In this document: one piece after another, positions 40,155 through 49,458 of the stretch
Numbering within the stretch: position 1 is the stretch's first letter
Layout: every line of letters starts with the position of its first letter
NCBI GenBank assembly: GCA_963665275.2
Contig: CAXXIN010000005.1
Location: 32,001-96,000, forward strand
Length of the DNA: 64,000 bases
Source: Negativicutes bacterium
GTDB lineage: Bacteria > Bacillota > Negativicutes > UBA1444
Direction of reading: 5' to 3'
The notes under the pieces: generated by a model
Told to the model about the DNA's origin: nothing
Databases searched by the model: none
Seen by the model: the letters and a program-made list of their open reading frames with translations, nothing else
Program-made: the position numbers and the translations under genes

Positions 40155-40826
40155 ATGAAAACTGTTGTAGCGATCTATACGGCGATGGCGGTTGGGTTGA
40201 TGGCTGACATCAAACAAATGGTGGCCGAGGAAATTCCGGATTGTCGACTGATCAACATCGCTGATGACAGTCTGATCCAGGATGTCATCAAGGCTGGTGG
40301 ACCTACCATCAACGTGACCCGACGGTTGCTAGACTACTATCGGGCGGCTGAAGACGCGGGTGCTGATGTCATTCTCAACACTTGTTCATCGATCGGCGAA
40401 ATTGCCGAAATGGGGCGGAAATCTGCCAAAGTGCCTCTGGTCAAAATCGATGACGCCATGGCGTTGAAAGCCGTCAACATGGGGAGCCGAGTTGGCGTTA
40501 TTGCGACTCTGCCCACAACGCTGGGGCCGACTGTGAGGCTGGTGCAAAGTCAGGCGAAAAAGATCGATAAATCGGTTACTGTTGTGGAAGGGCTGGCCGT
40601 TGGCGCTTTTGAGGCGCTGATGTCAGGTGATGCCGAAAAACATGATGCACTGATTCTGCAGACGGCGAAAGACATAGCTGACAAGGTTGACGTGATTGTT
40701 CTGGCGCAAGGATCTATGGCGAAGATGCAGGACAAACTAACCCAGGCAATCGGTAAGCCGGTTTTGTCCAGCCCGCGGCTAGGTGTGCAGGAAGTACGGG
40801 ATATATTAAAGGGGGCGACGCAATGA
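40155..40826 (+). CDS. Asp/Glu/hydantoin racemase-fold protein with a single catalytic Cys
   Basis: ADVILNTCSS (first Cys), RVGVIAT, and VIVLAQGSM where the second Cys (LGCT) is replaced. Confidence 0.8.
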   Translation: MKTVVAIYTAMAVGLMADIKQMVAEEIPDCRLINIADDSLIQDVIKAGGPTINVTRRLLDYYRAAEDAGADVILNTCSSIGEIAEMGRKSAKVPLVKIDDAMALKAVNMGSRVGVIATLPTTLGPTVRLVQSQAKKIDKSVTVVEGLAVGAFEALMSGDAEKHDALILQTAKDIADKVDVIVLAQGSMAKMQDKLTQAIGKPVLSSPRLGVQEVRDILKGATQ

Positions 40827-41650
40827 GTTGCGAGGCCGTAAACTTGGTGGACATGGCGCGATTACTCCGCCGCGATGTGGTGGATACGGTATACCGGGCG
40901 AAAGACGGACATCCCAGTCCCGCGCTTTCCTGTGCGGATATTGTGGCTGCGTTGTTTTTTAAAGTGATGAAGCTGGATCCGCAAAATCCCACGTGGGCGG
41001 ACCGTGATCGCTTCGTGCTGTCCAAAGGACATGCCTGCCCGGTATTATACGCTGCGCTGGCACGCAAAGGGTATTTTTCCCGCGACGAGTTACCGGGACT
41101 GCGCAGCCTGGGGTCGTGCCTGCAAGGGCATCCCTGCATGCGCAAAACTCCGGGTATCGACATGACCTCCGGTTCCCTCGGCAATGGGATTTCCATTGGT
41201 GCGGGCATGGCGATGGCCGGGAAGTATCTGCAGAAGGACTATAATACCTACGTAATCCTGGGAGATGGCGAAATTCAGGAAGGTATCGTTTGGGAAGCGG
41301 CGATGGCTGCTGTCAAACATAAGCTGGACAACTTGATTGTGTTCATCGACAACAATGGACTGCAAAGCGGCGGCAAAGTCAGCGACGTAAGCGGGATCAT
41401 GCCGATTTATGAAAAATGGCAGGCTTTCCAATGGCATTGCCAGGAGATTGACGGCCACAACATGAATGGGATCCTTGCTGCCGTTGAAAATGCGCAGCAG
41501 ACGAAGGGCAAACCTTCGATGATTCTGGCCCACACCGTCAAAGGAAAGGGAGTTCCCTTCATGGAAACAGATAATTCCTGGCACAAGCGCGTTCCGACGG
41601 ACGCCGAATATAAGGAAGCAATGGAGATACTGGGAGGGATGGATAAGTGA
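40823..41650 (+). CDS. Transketolase N-terminal (TPP-binding) subunit
   Basis: GHPS, DRFVLSKGHA, LQGHP, GSLGNG and GDGE..EG..WEA...DNN. Confidence 0.93.
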   Translation: MSCEAVNLVDMARLLRRDVVDTVYRAKDGHPSPALSCADIVAALFFKVMKLDPQNPTWADRDRFVLSKGHACPVLYAALARKGYFSRDELPGLRSLGSCLQGHPCMRKTPGIDMTSGSLGNGISIGAGMAMAGKYLQKDYNTYVILGDGEIQEGIVWEAAMAAVKHKLDNLIVFIDNNGLQSGGKVSDVSGIMPIYEKWQAFQWHCQEIDGHNMNGILAAVENAQQTKGKPSMILAHTVKGKGVPFMETDNSWHKRVPTDAEYKEAMEILGGMDK

Positions 41651-42612
41651 GTAGCTACAAAGGATCCCGGGAAGCTTTCGCGGCAGCGATGATGCAGCTG
41701 GCAGAGGAAGATCCCTGCTACGTAACGATTTCTCCCGATTCGATGAAAGCCATGCGCATGGTCGATTTTGCGGAGAAATATCCGAAGAAATTCTTTGAAG
41801 TCGGCATCGCTGAGCAGAATGCAGTAGGTTGCGCAGCAGGTATGGCCGCTTGCGGTCTAGTGCCTTTTGTAGCAACGTATTCCGGGTTTATTACCATGCG
41901 GGCCTGCGAGCAGGTGCGAACCTTCGTGGCGTATCCGCAGCTCAACGTGAAACTGGTCGGCGCCAACGGCGGCATCTTCGGCGGCGAGCGCGAAGGGGTC
42001 ACTCATCAGTTCTTTGAAGATCTCGGCATTTTGCGTTGCATTCCGGAAATGACCATCGTTGTTCCGTCGGATGCCTCGCAGGTGTTTGCCGCAACCCTTG
42101 CGATCGCCCGAAAACCGGGACCGGCATTTATGCGCATCGCCAGTGGACGCGAACACGTGATTTTTAACAAAGAAATTCCGGTATTTGAACTGGGCAAGGC
42201 GCGAAAGCTTGTTGAATACGGCGACGATGTAGCGTTGATGACTTGCGGTTTTATCTTGAGCCGGGTGCTGGAAGCGGCTGAAGTATTGAAGGAGCAGGGT
42301 ATCAAGGCGACGGTGCTGGAAGTTCACACGTTGAAACCGCTCGACGTAGCGGCGATTGCGGCTGTTGCGACTGCTACCGGTGCGGTGGTAACTGTGGAAG
42401 ACCATAACGTGATCGGCGGGCTGGGGAGCGCGGTGGCGGAAGTCATTGCTGAACAAGCTCCGGCTTCTTTGGTCAGAATCGGTTTGCAGGATGTGTTCCC
42501 CGAATCGGGACCGGCTGAAGCTTTACTGGATTACTACAACATGGGTGTGGATGACATCGTCAAAGCCGCGAAAACCGCGATGGCGAAACGGGATCATCGA
42601 CGGGTCGGTTGA
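41647..42612 (+). CDS. Transketolase C-terminal subunit
   Basis: GIAEQN, RACEQVR, EGVTHQ, LKPLD and EDHNVIGGLG. Confidence 0.93.
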   Translation: MSSYKGSREAFAAAMMQLAEEDPCYVTISPDSMKAMRMVDFAEKYPKKFFEVGIAEQNAVGCAAGMAACGLVPFVATYSGFITMRACEQVRTFVAYPQLNVKLVGANGGIFGGEREGVTHQFFEDLGILRCIPEMTIVVPSDASQVFAATLAIARKPGPAFMRIASGREHVIFNKEIPVFELGKARKLVEYGDDVALMTCGFILSRVLEAAEVLKEQGIKATVLEVHTLKPLDVAAIAAVATATGAVVTVEDHNVIGGLGSAVAEVIAEQAPASLVRIGLQDVFPESGPAEALLDYYNMGVDDIVKAAKTAMAKRDHRRVG

Positions 42613-42637
42613 CAACAAGCGAATAGGCGGCTATATT
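42609..42637 (+). promoter_or_regulatory. sigmaA-like promoter upstream of tyrS
   Basis: TTGACA-N17-TATATT overlapping the transketolase stop codon. Confidence 0.5.
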
Positions 42638-42656
42638 TAGAGTGCAAGCTGCATAG

Positions 42657-42699
42657 GGGTAAAGCCCGTCCCTCAAGTGGGATGGGTTTCCCTTTTTTT
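42657..42699 (+). terminator. Intrinsic terminator between the catabolic operon and tyrS
   Basis: AAGCCCGTCCC-TCAAGT-GGGATGGGTTT..CCTTTTTTT. Confidence 0.75.
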
Positions 42700-42739
42700 G
42701 CGCAGTCGGCAGCCTGAATATAGAGGAGGGTTTTCCATA

Positions 42740-43957
42740 ATGTCTGTACTGGATACACTGATCGAACGCGGCTTTGTCCATCAAATGACCCATGAAGATG
42801 AAATCACTGAACTGCTGGATAAAGAAAAAATTACGTTTTATATCGGCTTCGATCCGACGGCGGATAGTCTGCATGTCGGTCATTTTCTGGGGATGATGGT
42901 CATGGCTCATATGCAACGTGCCGGACATCGTCCTATTTGCCTGATCGGCGGGGGAACCGCCATGATCGGCGATCCTTCCGGCAAGACCGATATGCGCAAG
43001 ATGATGACGCCGGAAATCATTCAACATAATGGGGACTGTTTCAAAGAACAAATGCGTCGGTTCATCGATTTTTCCGAAGATAAGGCGCTGATGCTAAATA
43101 ACGCGGACTGGCTGTTGCAGCTCAACTATGTGGAATTGCTGCGCAGCGTCGGCGCAGGCTTCTCAGTGAACCGAATGCTGACGGCTGACTGCTATAAGCA
43201 GCGTCTGGAGCACGGACTGACTTTTCTTGAATTCAACTATATGGTCATGCAAGCCTATGACTTTTTGGAACTGTACCGGCTCACCGGTTGCGTCATGCAG
43301 ATGGGCGGCGCCGATCAGTGGTCGAATATTCTGGCCGGGGCCGATCTGATTCGCCGCAAAGAAGGCAAGCCTGCGTTCGGCTTGACGTTTACGTTGCTAA
43401 CGACGAGTGATGGCCGTAAAATGGGAAAAACCGAAAAAGGCGCCCTGTGGTTGGATCCCGAAAAAACTTCGCCTTATGATTTTTATCAATATTGGCGGAA
43501 TGTTGACGATGCGGATGTTGCGAAATGTCTGGCATTGCTGACGTTCCTGCCAATGGACGAAGTACGTCGGTTGGGTGCATTGAAAGATCAGGAAATCAAT
43601 ACGGCAAAAAAAGTCTTGGCCTATGAAGTGACCCAGTTGGTGCATGGCAAGGAAGAAGCGGACAATGCTCAGCAGGCGGCGGAAGCCCTTTTCGGCGGCA
43701 CGGGCGCTTTGGACAACGCGCCGACGGTGACGATTTCCCGGGAAATGATCGGGACCAAGCTGGTTGATGTTTTGACCGCGACGGGAGTATTCACTTCCAA
43801 AGGTGAAGGGCGGCGACTGATCCAGGGCGGCGGACTGTATGTAGGAGATGCGAAAGTGTCGGATCCCGACTTTCTGTTGACGGATGATCTGTTTGATGGC
43901 GCCGGTTTATTGATCCGTAAAGGAAAGAAGAGCTACCACCGGATTGTGATTGGATAA
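42740..43957 (+). CDS. tyrS: Tyrosine--tRNA ligase
   Basis: [13 protein letters not shown] (HIGH), [13 protein letters not shown] (KMSKS) and C-terminal S4 domain. Confidence 0.96.
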   Translation: MSVLDTLIERGFVHQMTHEDEITELLDKEKITFYIGFDPTADSLHVGHFLGMMVMAHMQRAGHRPICLIGGGTAMIGDPSGKTDMRKMMTPEIIQHNGDCFKEQMRRFIDFSEDKALMLNNADWLLQLNYVELLRSVGAGFSVNRMLTADCYKQRLEHGLTFLEFNYMVMQAYDFLELYRLTGCVMQMGGADQWSNILAGADLIRRKEGKPAFGLTFTLLTTSDGRKMGKTEKGALWLDPEKTSPYDFYQYWRNVDDADVAKCLALLTFLPMDEVRRLGALKDQEINTAKKVLAYEVTQLVHGKEEADNAQQAAEALFGGTGALDNAPTVTISREMIGTKLVDVLTATGVFTSKGEGRRLIQGGGLYVGDAKVSDPDFLLTDDLFDGAGLLIRKGKKSYHRIVIG

Positions 43958-44028
43958 AACTCAAGGAGTTTCCCCGATGTGATAAACTGATGTCGTAAGG
44001 TACATTGGCGAAATAATGGAGGTTCTGC

Positions 44029-44250
44029 TTGAAAACTGTTAAATCACCGTTGGATGGATTTATCATATCCGTGAATGTATCGGTTGGCGATCAGGTAACA
44101 AAAGGCCAACTGCTCGCGGTTGTGCTTATTTTGAAAATGGAGAACCCTGTACTGAGTGACAGGGACGGGGTCGTCAAAGAGGTTTTTGTCAAAAACAAAA
44201 CCCGGGTTAAGTACGGGCAACCGTTGCTGTGTATCGAAAAAACCGTCTGA
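44029..44250 (+). CDS. Stand-alone biotin/lipoyl carrier domain protein
   Basis: SPLDG..VGDQVTKGQ...LKMEN...GVVKE..V..GQPL; GGAGG RBS, TTG start. Confidence 0.8.
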   Translation: MKTVKSPLDGFIISVNVSVGDQVTKGQLLAVVLILKMENPVLSDRDGVVKEVFVKNKTRVKYGQPLLCIEKTV

Positions 44251-44270
44251 TTTTGAGGAGGGACGTACCT

Positions 44271-44702
44271 TTGGAAATGCCTTTTCCGCCGGCTTTGCCG
44301 GAACAACCGCGTTACGCTGGATTTTGGATCCGCCTTCTCGCATATATTCTCGACGCCATTGTTCTCGGCGCCATTACTTATCCGTTGATCCGGGTGCTCT
44401 CGAGCATGGGGATCGGCGACAGCTCCTCCAATATTCTGAGCATCGCAATTAGCTGGATGTACTTTGTGGTATTTGAAAGTTCCGAATGGATGGCCTCGCC
44501 AGGCAAAAAAGTGCTGGGATTGATCGTTACCGATGAACAGGGGAAGAAAATCAGCATTGGCCGCGCAACCCGGCGCTATCTCGCCAAAATAGTTTCGGGA
44601 TTGATCCTGGGTATTGGTTTTATCATGGTCGCCTTTACCGCCCGCAAACAGGGGCTGCATGATAAAATATTCCACACGCTGGTTTTGCGGACGAAATACT
44701 AA
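44271..44702 (+). CDS. RDD family membrane protein
   Basis: YAGFWIRLLAYILD, SPGKK and KQGLHD. Confidence 0.9.
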   Translation: MEMPFPPALPEQPRYAGFWIRLLAYILDAIVLGAITYPLIRVLSSMGIGDSSSNILSIAISWMYFVVFESSEWMASPGKKVLGLIVTDEQGKKISIGRATRRYLAKIVSGLILGIGFIMVAFTARKQGLHDKIFHTLVLRTKY

Positions 44703-44708
44703 ACAGAC

Positions 44709-44761
44709 TTATCCACAAATTTTGTGGATAAGTCTGGGGATAAAAAATATTATGGTCCACA
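44709..44761. promoter_or_regulatory. DnaA-box cluster
   Basis: TTATCCACA (44709), TGTGGATAA (44723), TGGGGATAA (44735, 1 mismatch) and TGGTCCACA (44753, 2 mismatches). Confidence 0.6.
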
Positions 44762-44765
44762 ATGC

Positions 44766-44811
44766 AAACAGTCCGCATAAGAGCATAAGTTGCTTTCATG
44801 CGGGCTGTTTT
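44766..44811. terminator. Probable terminator between convergent genes
   Basis: AAACAGTCCGCAT...ATGCGGGCTGTTTT. Confidence 0.6.
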
Positions 44812-44840
44812 ATGGTTGGCAATAATTATACGAACTGTCG

Positions 44841-45326
44841 TTACACTCTCTTTTTCAGATATGGGACGAGTCCGCCGTCTGAAACCAGCTCCATGATATG
44901 GGGCGGAATTTTACTGCAGTTGTAGCTTTCATTTTTGGTCAGATTGTTGATCATGCCAGTTCCCAAATCAATTTCGATCTCATCCTGATCACTGATCTTA
45001 TCGGTTTCAGCACATTCAATCACGGGGATCCCCAAATTGATTGCATTACGGTAAAAAATCCGCGCGAAAAACTTAGCTACAATTGCGCCCACACCGAGGT
45101 AGCGCAGAGTAAGAGGAGAGGTTTCACGGCTGGATCCTGAACCGAAATTGATGCCCGCAACCATGATGTCGCCTTTTTTTACTTTAACCGGGAAATCCGG
45201 ATCAACCGCATTCATTGCGTATTTGGCAGCCTCGGGAATGCTCAGTTCCATATACTGGGGCGGCGAAATAATATCGGTATTGATGTTATCGCCAAATTTG
45301 AGGACGCTTCCTTTAATAATGCTCAT
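44841..45326 (-). CDS. LeuD/DmdB/HacB-type hydratase small subunit
   Basis: GDNINTDII, NFGSGSSRE, FARIFYRNAINLG and GGL. Confidence 0.9.
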   Translation of the reverse strand: MSIIKGSVLKFGDNINTDIISPPQYMELSIPEAAKYAMNAVDPDFPVKVKKGDIMVAGINFGSGSSRETSPLTLRYLGVGAIVAKFFARIFYRNAINLGIPVIECAETDKISDQDEIEIDLGTGMINNLTKNESYNCSKIPPHIMELVSDGGLVPYLKKRV

Positions 45327-46599
45327 GGCGGCCTCCTGATAAATAATTTCTGGGATCGGCAATCGTGCCGGAAATCGCGCTCGCAGCCACTGTCATCGGC
45401 GAGCCAAGATAAATCTGGGCTTTTTTGCTCCCCATGCGCCCGATGAAATTTCGGTTGGTCGATGAGATGCATACTTCGCCGTCAGCCAGCAATCCCGAGT
45501 GCAAGCCCACGCATACTCCACAGGTCGGCGCCATGATGACGGCGCCTGCTTCGGCGAGCGTGGCCAGAATTCCGTCGCGTGAGGCCTGCATCCAGATATC
45601 CTGCGAAGCGGGCGATACAAGGAACCGAGTGCCGGCTTTGACTTTATGCCCCTTGAGAACTGAGGCGGCGGCGGCGAGGTCGTAGTAACGACCGCCGGTG
45701 CATGAGCCGAGATAGGCCTGGTCTATCTTGACGCTTGCAACGTTTTCCACGGATGTGACATTGTCCACTTCGTGGGGGCAGGATACCATCGGCGACAGTG
45801 CTGCGGCGTCAAACTGGATTGTCTGGCAATATACCGCGTCAGGATCGCTTTCCACCATCGTATAGGGAACGGTGATGCCCCGCTCGGCGAGGTATTCGAT
45901 AACTTTGGCATCCGGTTTCATCAGTCCGGCTTTCGCGCCCATTTCAACGGCCATATTGGTGATTGCCAACCTTTCATCCATTGGTAGCTCGGCAATCGTA
46001 CCGCCCTGGTATTCGACCGTTTTGTAGGTGGCGCCGGCATGTCCAATAGCACCGATGGTCTTCAGCGAAATATCTTTGGCCATGACACCGGGCTTCAAGC
46101 TCCCCTCCCAGATTACGCGGATCGTTTCCGGCACCCGTAGCCAGGTTTTTCCCGTAATCAAAACTCCCAACATTTCGGTTGAGCCGACTCCTGTGGCAAA
46201 AGAGCCCATGGCGCCGCCCATGCACGTATGGGAGTCCGTTCCCAGCACTATCGTTCCGGGCAGCACGTGTCCCTTTTCCACCATGAGTTGGTGGCACGGT
46301 CCGGCGTATTCATAATAGTTGTCGATTCCGTATTTCTTGGACCACTCCCTGGTAAATTTGACAATCTCCGCCTGATTCACTGAAGAAGGCGGTGTGTAGT
46401 GGTCAGAGATAACGACGACTTTTGACGCATCCCAAATTTCATCCTTGATTTCTTTCATTCGGTCTGCGATTTCCACGCGCGGTCCGAGGATGTCGTCCAT
46501 CATGGCTTTGTCGATGTTAACCCAAAGAATGTCGCCGGCCTGTGCTTCTGCAACCCCTGCGCCCATAGCCAGAATCTTTTCCGACATTGTTTTGCCCAT
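45313..46599 (-). CDS. LeuC/DmdA/HacA-type [4Fe-4S] hydratase large subunit
   Basis: SDH, CHQ, GTDSHT, GSCTGGR, PTCGVCVG and STNRNFIGRMG. Confidence 0.92.
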   Translation of the reverse strand: MGKTMSEKILAMGAGVAEAQAGDILWVNIDKAMMDDILGPRVEIADRMKEIKDEIWDASKVVVISDHYTPPSSVNQAEIVKFTREWSKKYGIDNYYEYAGPCHQLMVEKGHVLPGTIVLGTDSHTCMGGAMGSFATGVGSTEMLGVLITGKTWLRVPETIRVIWEGSLKPGVMAKDISLKTIGAIGHAGATYKTVEYQGGTIAELPMDERLAITNMAVEMGAKAGLMKPDAKVIEYLAERGITVPYTMVESDPDAVYCQTIQFDAAALSPMVSCPHEVDNVTSVENVASVKIDQAYLGSCTGGRYYDLAAAASVLKGHKVKAGTRFLVSPASQDIWMQASRDGILATLAEAGAVIMAPTCGVCVGLHSGLLADGEVCISSTNRNFIGRMGSKKAQIYLGSPMTVAASAISGTIADPRNYLSGGRHEHY

Positions 46600-46623
46600 T
46601 TGATGACCTCCTTCCAAAATTTA

Positions 46624-47883
46624 TTATATTCCCCAGATTCGATACAAACCAAGACCGGCCAAAGCGGAGACGATCGCTACGCCGCAGGCGGCCACAATGA
46701 ACATCTGGATGAACATCTTGTTTTGCTGTTCAGGGGTGATATGAGCATTGGCGGCATACGCAGCCATAGCCAGAGCGCCGCCGGTCGAAGCGGGACTGGT
46801 GCCTGCAGTGTGCGCCGACATGGTAATGGCGGAAACCAGATCCAAAGAGGATACATTGCCGCCAACCGCCGTCATTAATGAAGACACGGTTGGAATCAAC
46901 GTCGGCATGACAACGCCGGACGTGCTGGAAAACCAGGACATGATGCCGGCCGTCAGGCCGATGATGAACGAAGCTGTATTTTCGGTCATCAATGTGGAGA
47001 GGAATTTGGCCAACAGTTCGATGCCCTTGAGCTTGATAGCGAGGTTCATCAGAACGCCTACGCCGCAAACCAGCACAAGCGTTCCCCAGGGAATTGTCGA
47101 GATGGATTTCCGTTCATCCGCCACTTTGAGCAGCAATAGAACCACGCCCACCAAAAATGCGATGAGGCCGACATTGGCTTTGGTTACTAAGACAATCAGC
47201 ACCATTGAGATAACGCCGATCATGGTGATGAACTGCTTTTTGTTAAAAGGAGGAAGGTCTGCCTGGGTGAGGACTTTTTTCGTTTTCAGTTTGTGACCGC
47301 CCAGAGCAAAGTAAAGGATGGTGGCCCAGATTGTTTCAGCCATCAAAGAATTATAAAAGTATGGCATATCGATGCCTTTGATTCCCTGTGCTGCTGACAA
47401 GGTGATTCCGATAATGCCGGTAGGGGCTATGGGCGAAATTCCGCCGGCGGCTGAACCCAATACCACAATGGGGGCAAGCAATACAGGTGAAATGCCGGTT
47501 TCTGCAGCTAATGCCATTGCAATCGGCATCGTCAGCGCCATGACAGGAATCGTACCGGGGCCAATGGCGGCTAAAAAGGCGGTCATAAAGTATACGGCGA
47601 CGGGGATCATTTTGGCTTGTTTCCCTGACAATGCCACAACTTTTCGGGCGAAGAGTTCCAGAGTTCCGTTGGTCTGTGCAATGCTGAACAAGAACATGAC
47701 GCCGAACAGCATCATGAACAGGCCGGTGCTCCAACCGGCGATCACGTTGGCTTCGCTAAATCCTGCCAGAGGGCCGAGTACAACGGCAAACGCGATACAG
47801 AGAAGGCCGACGTTGAGTTTCTGAAAAAAACCAAGACCGATGGCGACTACCAAGAGTATTAATGAAATAATTCCCCAGTTCAT
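46624..47883 (-). CDS. MatC-like dicarboxylate carrier (IT superfamily)
   Basis: LNVGLL, AQTNGTLE, SPIAPTG and SPASTGGA. Confidence 0.8.
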   Translation of the reverse strand: MNWGIISLILLVVAIGLGFFQKLNVGLLCIAFAVVLGPLAGFSEANVIAGWSTGLFMMLFGVMFLFSIAQTNGTLELFARKVVALSGKQAKMIPVAVYFMTAFLAAIGPGTIPVMALTMPIAMALAAETGISPVLLAPIVVLGSAAGGISPIAPTGIIGITLSAAQGIKGIDMPYFYNSLMAETIWATILYFALGGHKLKTKKVLTQADLPPFNKKQFITMIGVISMVLIVLVTKANVGLIAFLVGVVLLLLKVADERKSISTIPWGTLVLVCGVGVLMNLAIKLKGIELLAKFLSTLMTENTASFIIGLTAGIMSWFSSTSGVVMPTLIPTVSSLMTAVGGNVSSLDLVSAITMSAHTAGTSPASTGGALAMAAYAANAHITPEQQNKMFIQMFIVAACGVAIVSALAGLGLYRIWGI

Positions 47884-47943
47884 ATGTTGCTCAGTCCTTT
47901 CGTGTTTTGTTAACAGAGAAAAGTGCTAAAAATTGGTGGAAAC

Positions 47944-47977
47944 TAAACTGGCGCCGCCCGAAAACGTCGCCAGTTTA
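47944..47977 (-). other. Intra-operon hairpin
   Basis: TAAACTGGCG...CGCCAGTTTA between the two transporter genes. Confidence 0.5.
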
Positions 47978-48034
47978 AATGGAGACTGTATGAGAAATTC
48001 ATTTTCTGGTTTGATTTTAGTTAGATCACGTAAG

Positions 48035-49438
48035 TTACCAGAGGCCAAGAACCTTCCACCAGAGTCCGCCGACGCCAATCCAGATTACCATGTTGACGAC
48101 GGAGGCGCCAAATCCAAGCTTCCACCAGGTGCCCTGATCCACATAACCCGCTCCGAAATATATCGGAGCTGTACCTGTGGAATAATGGGTCAGGCCGCCG
48201 CAAAGATTGGATAGAAAAGCCAGTGATAGGGCTGCGAGAAAGGTCGGAGCGCCGGCGGCCACAGCAACGGCAACAAATGCCGGATACATTGCGGTAACGT
48301 GTGCGGTCAGACTGGCAAACCCATAGTGTGCATACATGTAGACGACGAGTAGGATGGTCAGTGCCGGTATCCAAGATATGCCGCCTAAGCTGGCGGCAAC
48401 CGTTTTGGCGAACCAGGGGATGAATCCAAGGGTGTTCAGGAAACCGGCCATGCCGACCAACCCGCCCATCCAAATCAAGGTATCCCAAGGCCCTTTGTCA
48501 TCGAGGATATCTTTCCAGGTTAGTACATCTGTTATCAACATGACGCAAACGGCCATCAAAGCCACAAGCGTTGCGTTCAACTTGGTGAAGCTGGCGGTGG
48601 CCCAGAGAACTAGCGCCCCGATAAACAGCGCCAATACGATTTTTTCATCCCGGGACATCGGGCCGCGTTTTTCCAGTTCCCGCGTTGCAAGCTCCTTGGC
48701 TTCAGGGGTGTGCTTCAGTTCGGGAGGGAATACCTTGTAAAGGAAATAAGGCATGACGATCAATGCCACGATTCCGGGGACGGATGCAGCCAAGGCCCAG
48801 AGCCCCCAACTGATGTCGATTTTCAGTACTTGCTTGGCCAGTACTGCTACCAAAGGGTTGGCGGCCATGGCGGTCATAAACATGGCTGACGTGATACAGT
48901 TGCATTGGAATTGCGTAACCATCAGATAAGAACCGATACGACGTGCGGAGGATCCGCCAGGCTCTGATTCAAAAGCGGAACTCAGACTTCGGACGATAGG
49001 ATATAACACGCCGCCGCCGCGGGCCGTGTTGGAAGGAGTCGCTGGAGCCAGGATCAAGTCGCTGAGGCATAAGACATAACCGAGTTTTAACGTGCTATCG
49101 CCGATGGCACGCATCAGGAGATAGGCGATCCGGCTGCCGAGACCTGTTTTGATAAAGCTGCGTGCAAACAGGAAGGCGCAGACGATCAACCAGATGGTGA
49201 CGTCGGAAAAACCGGATAAAGCTTGCGGCACTGTCAACGTATTTGTCAGCGCGCAGACGGTGATGCCGATCAGGGCCATGGCGCCCATCGGAAGCGGGTT
49301 CAAGATGATGCCGATGATGGTGGCGACAAAGATTGCCAACAAGTGCCAGGCTTGCGGTTTCAGCCCGGCAGGAACAGGCAGAAACCAGATAATGGCGCCG
49401 AGTACGGTTACCAGGAGGAAGGATTTCCATTTGCCCAT
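48035..49438 (-). CDS. DASS family di/tricarboxylate transporter (CitT/TtdT-like)
   Basis: KTGLGSRIA, PSNTARGGG, FMTAMAANP, YAHYGFAS and LTHY. Confidence 0.92.
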   Translation of the reverse strand: MGKWKSFLLVTVLGAIIWFLPVPAGLKPQAWHLLAIFVATIIGIILNPLPMGAMALIGITVCALTNTLTVPQALSGFSDVTIWLIVCAFLFARSFIKTGLGSRIAYLLMRAIGDSTLKLGYVLCLSDLILAPATPSNTARGGGVLYPIVRSLSSAFESEPGGSSARRIGSYLMVTQFQCNCITSAMFMTAMAANPLVAVLAKQVLKIDISWGLWALAASVPGIVALIVMPYFLYKVFPPELKHTPEAKELATRELEKRGPMSRDEKIVLALFIGALVLWATASFTKLNATLVALMAVCVMLITDVLTWKDILDDKGPWDTLIWMGGLVGMAGFLNTLGFIPWFAKTVAASLGGISWIPALTILLVVYMYAHYGFASLTAHVTAMYPAFVAVAVAAGAPTFLAALSLAFLSNLCGGLTHYSTGTAPIYFGAGYVDQGTWWKLGFGASVVNMVIWIGVGGLWWKVLGLW

Positions 49439-49458
49439 CCGAGTCACTCCTTATTGTT

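Noticed and set aside
44705-44811. Chromosomal origin oriC
   Set aside because: Only 3-4 boxes, no dnaA/dnaN/gidA neighbours and no evident DnaA-trio unwinding element
44841-46599. leuC/leuD for leucine biosynthesis
   Set aside because: No leuA/leuB or Leu T-box; short DmdA/HacA-like subunits at the end of a sigma54 catabolic operon
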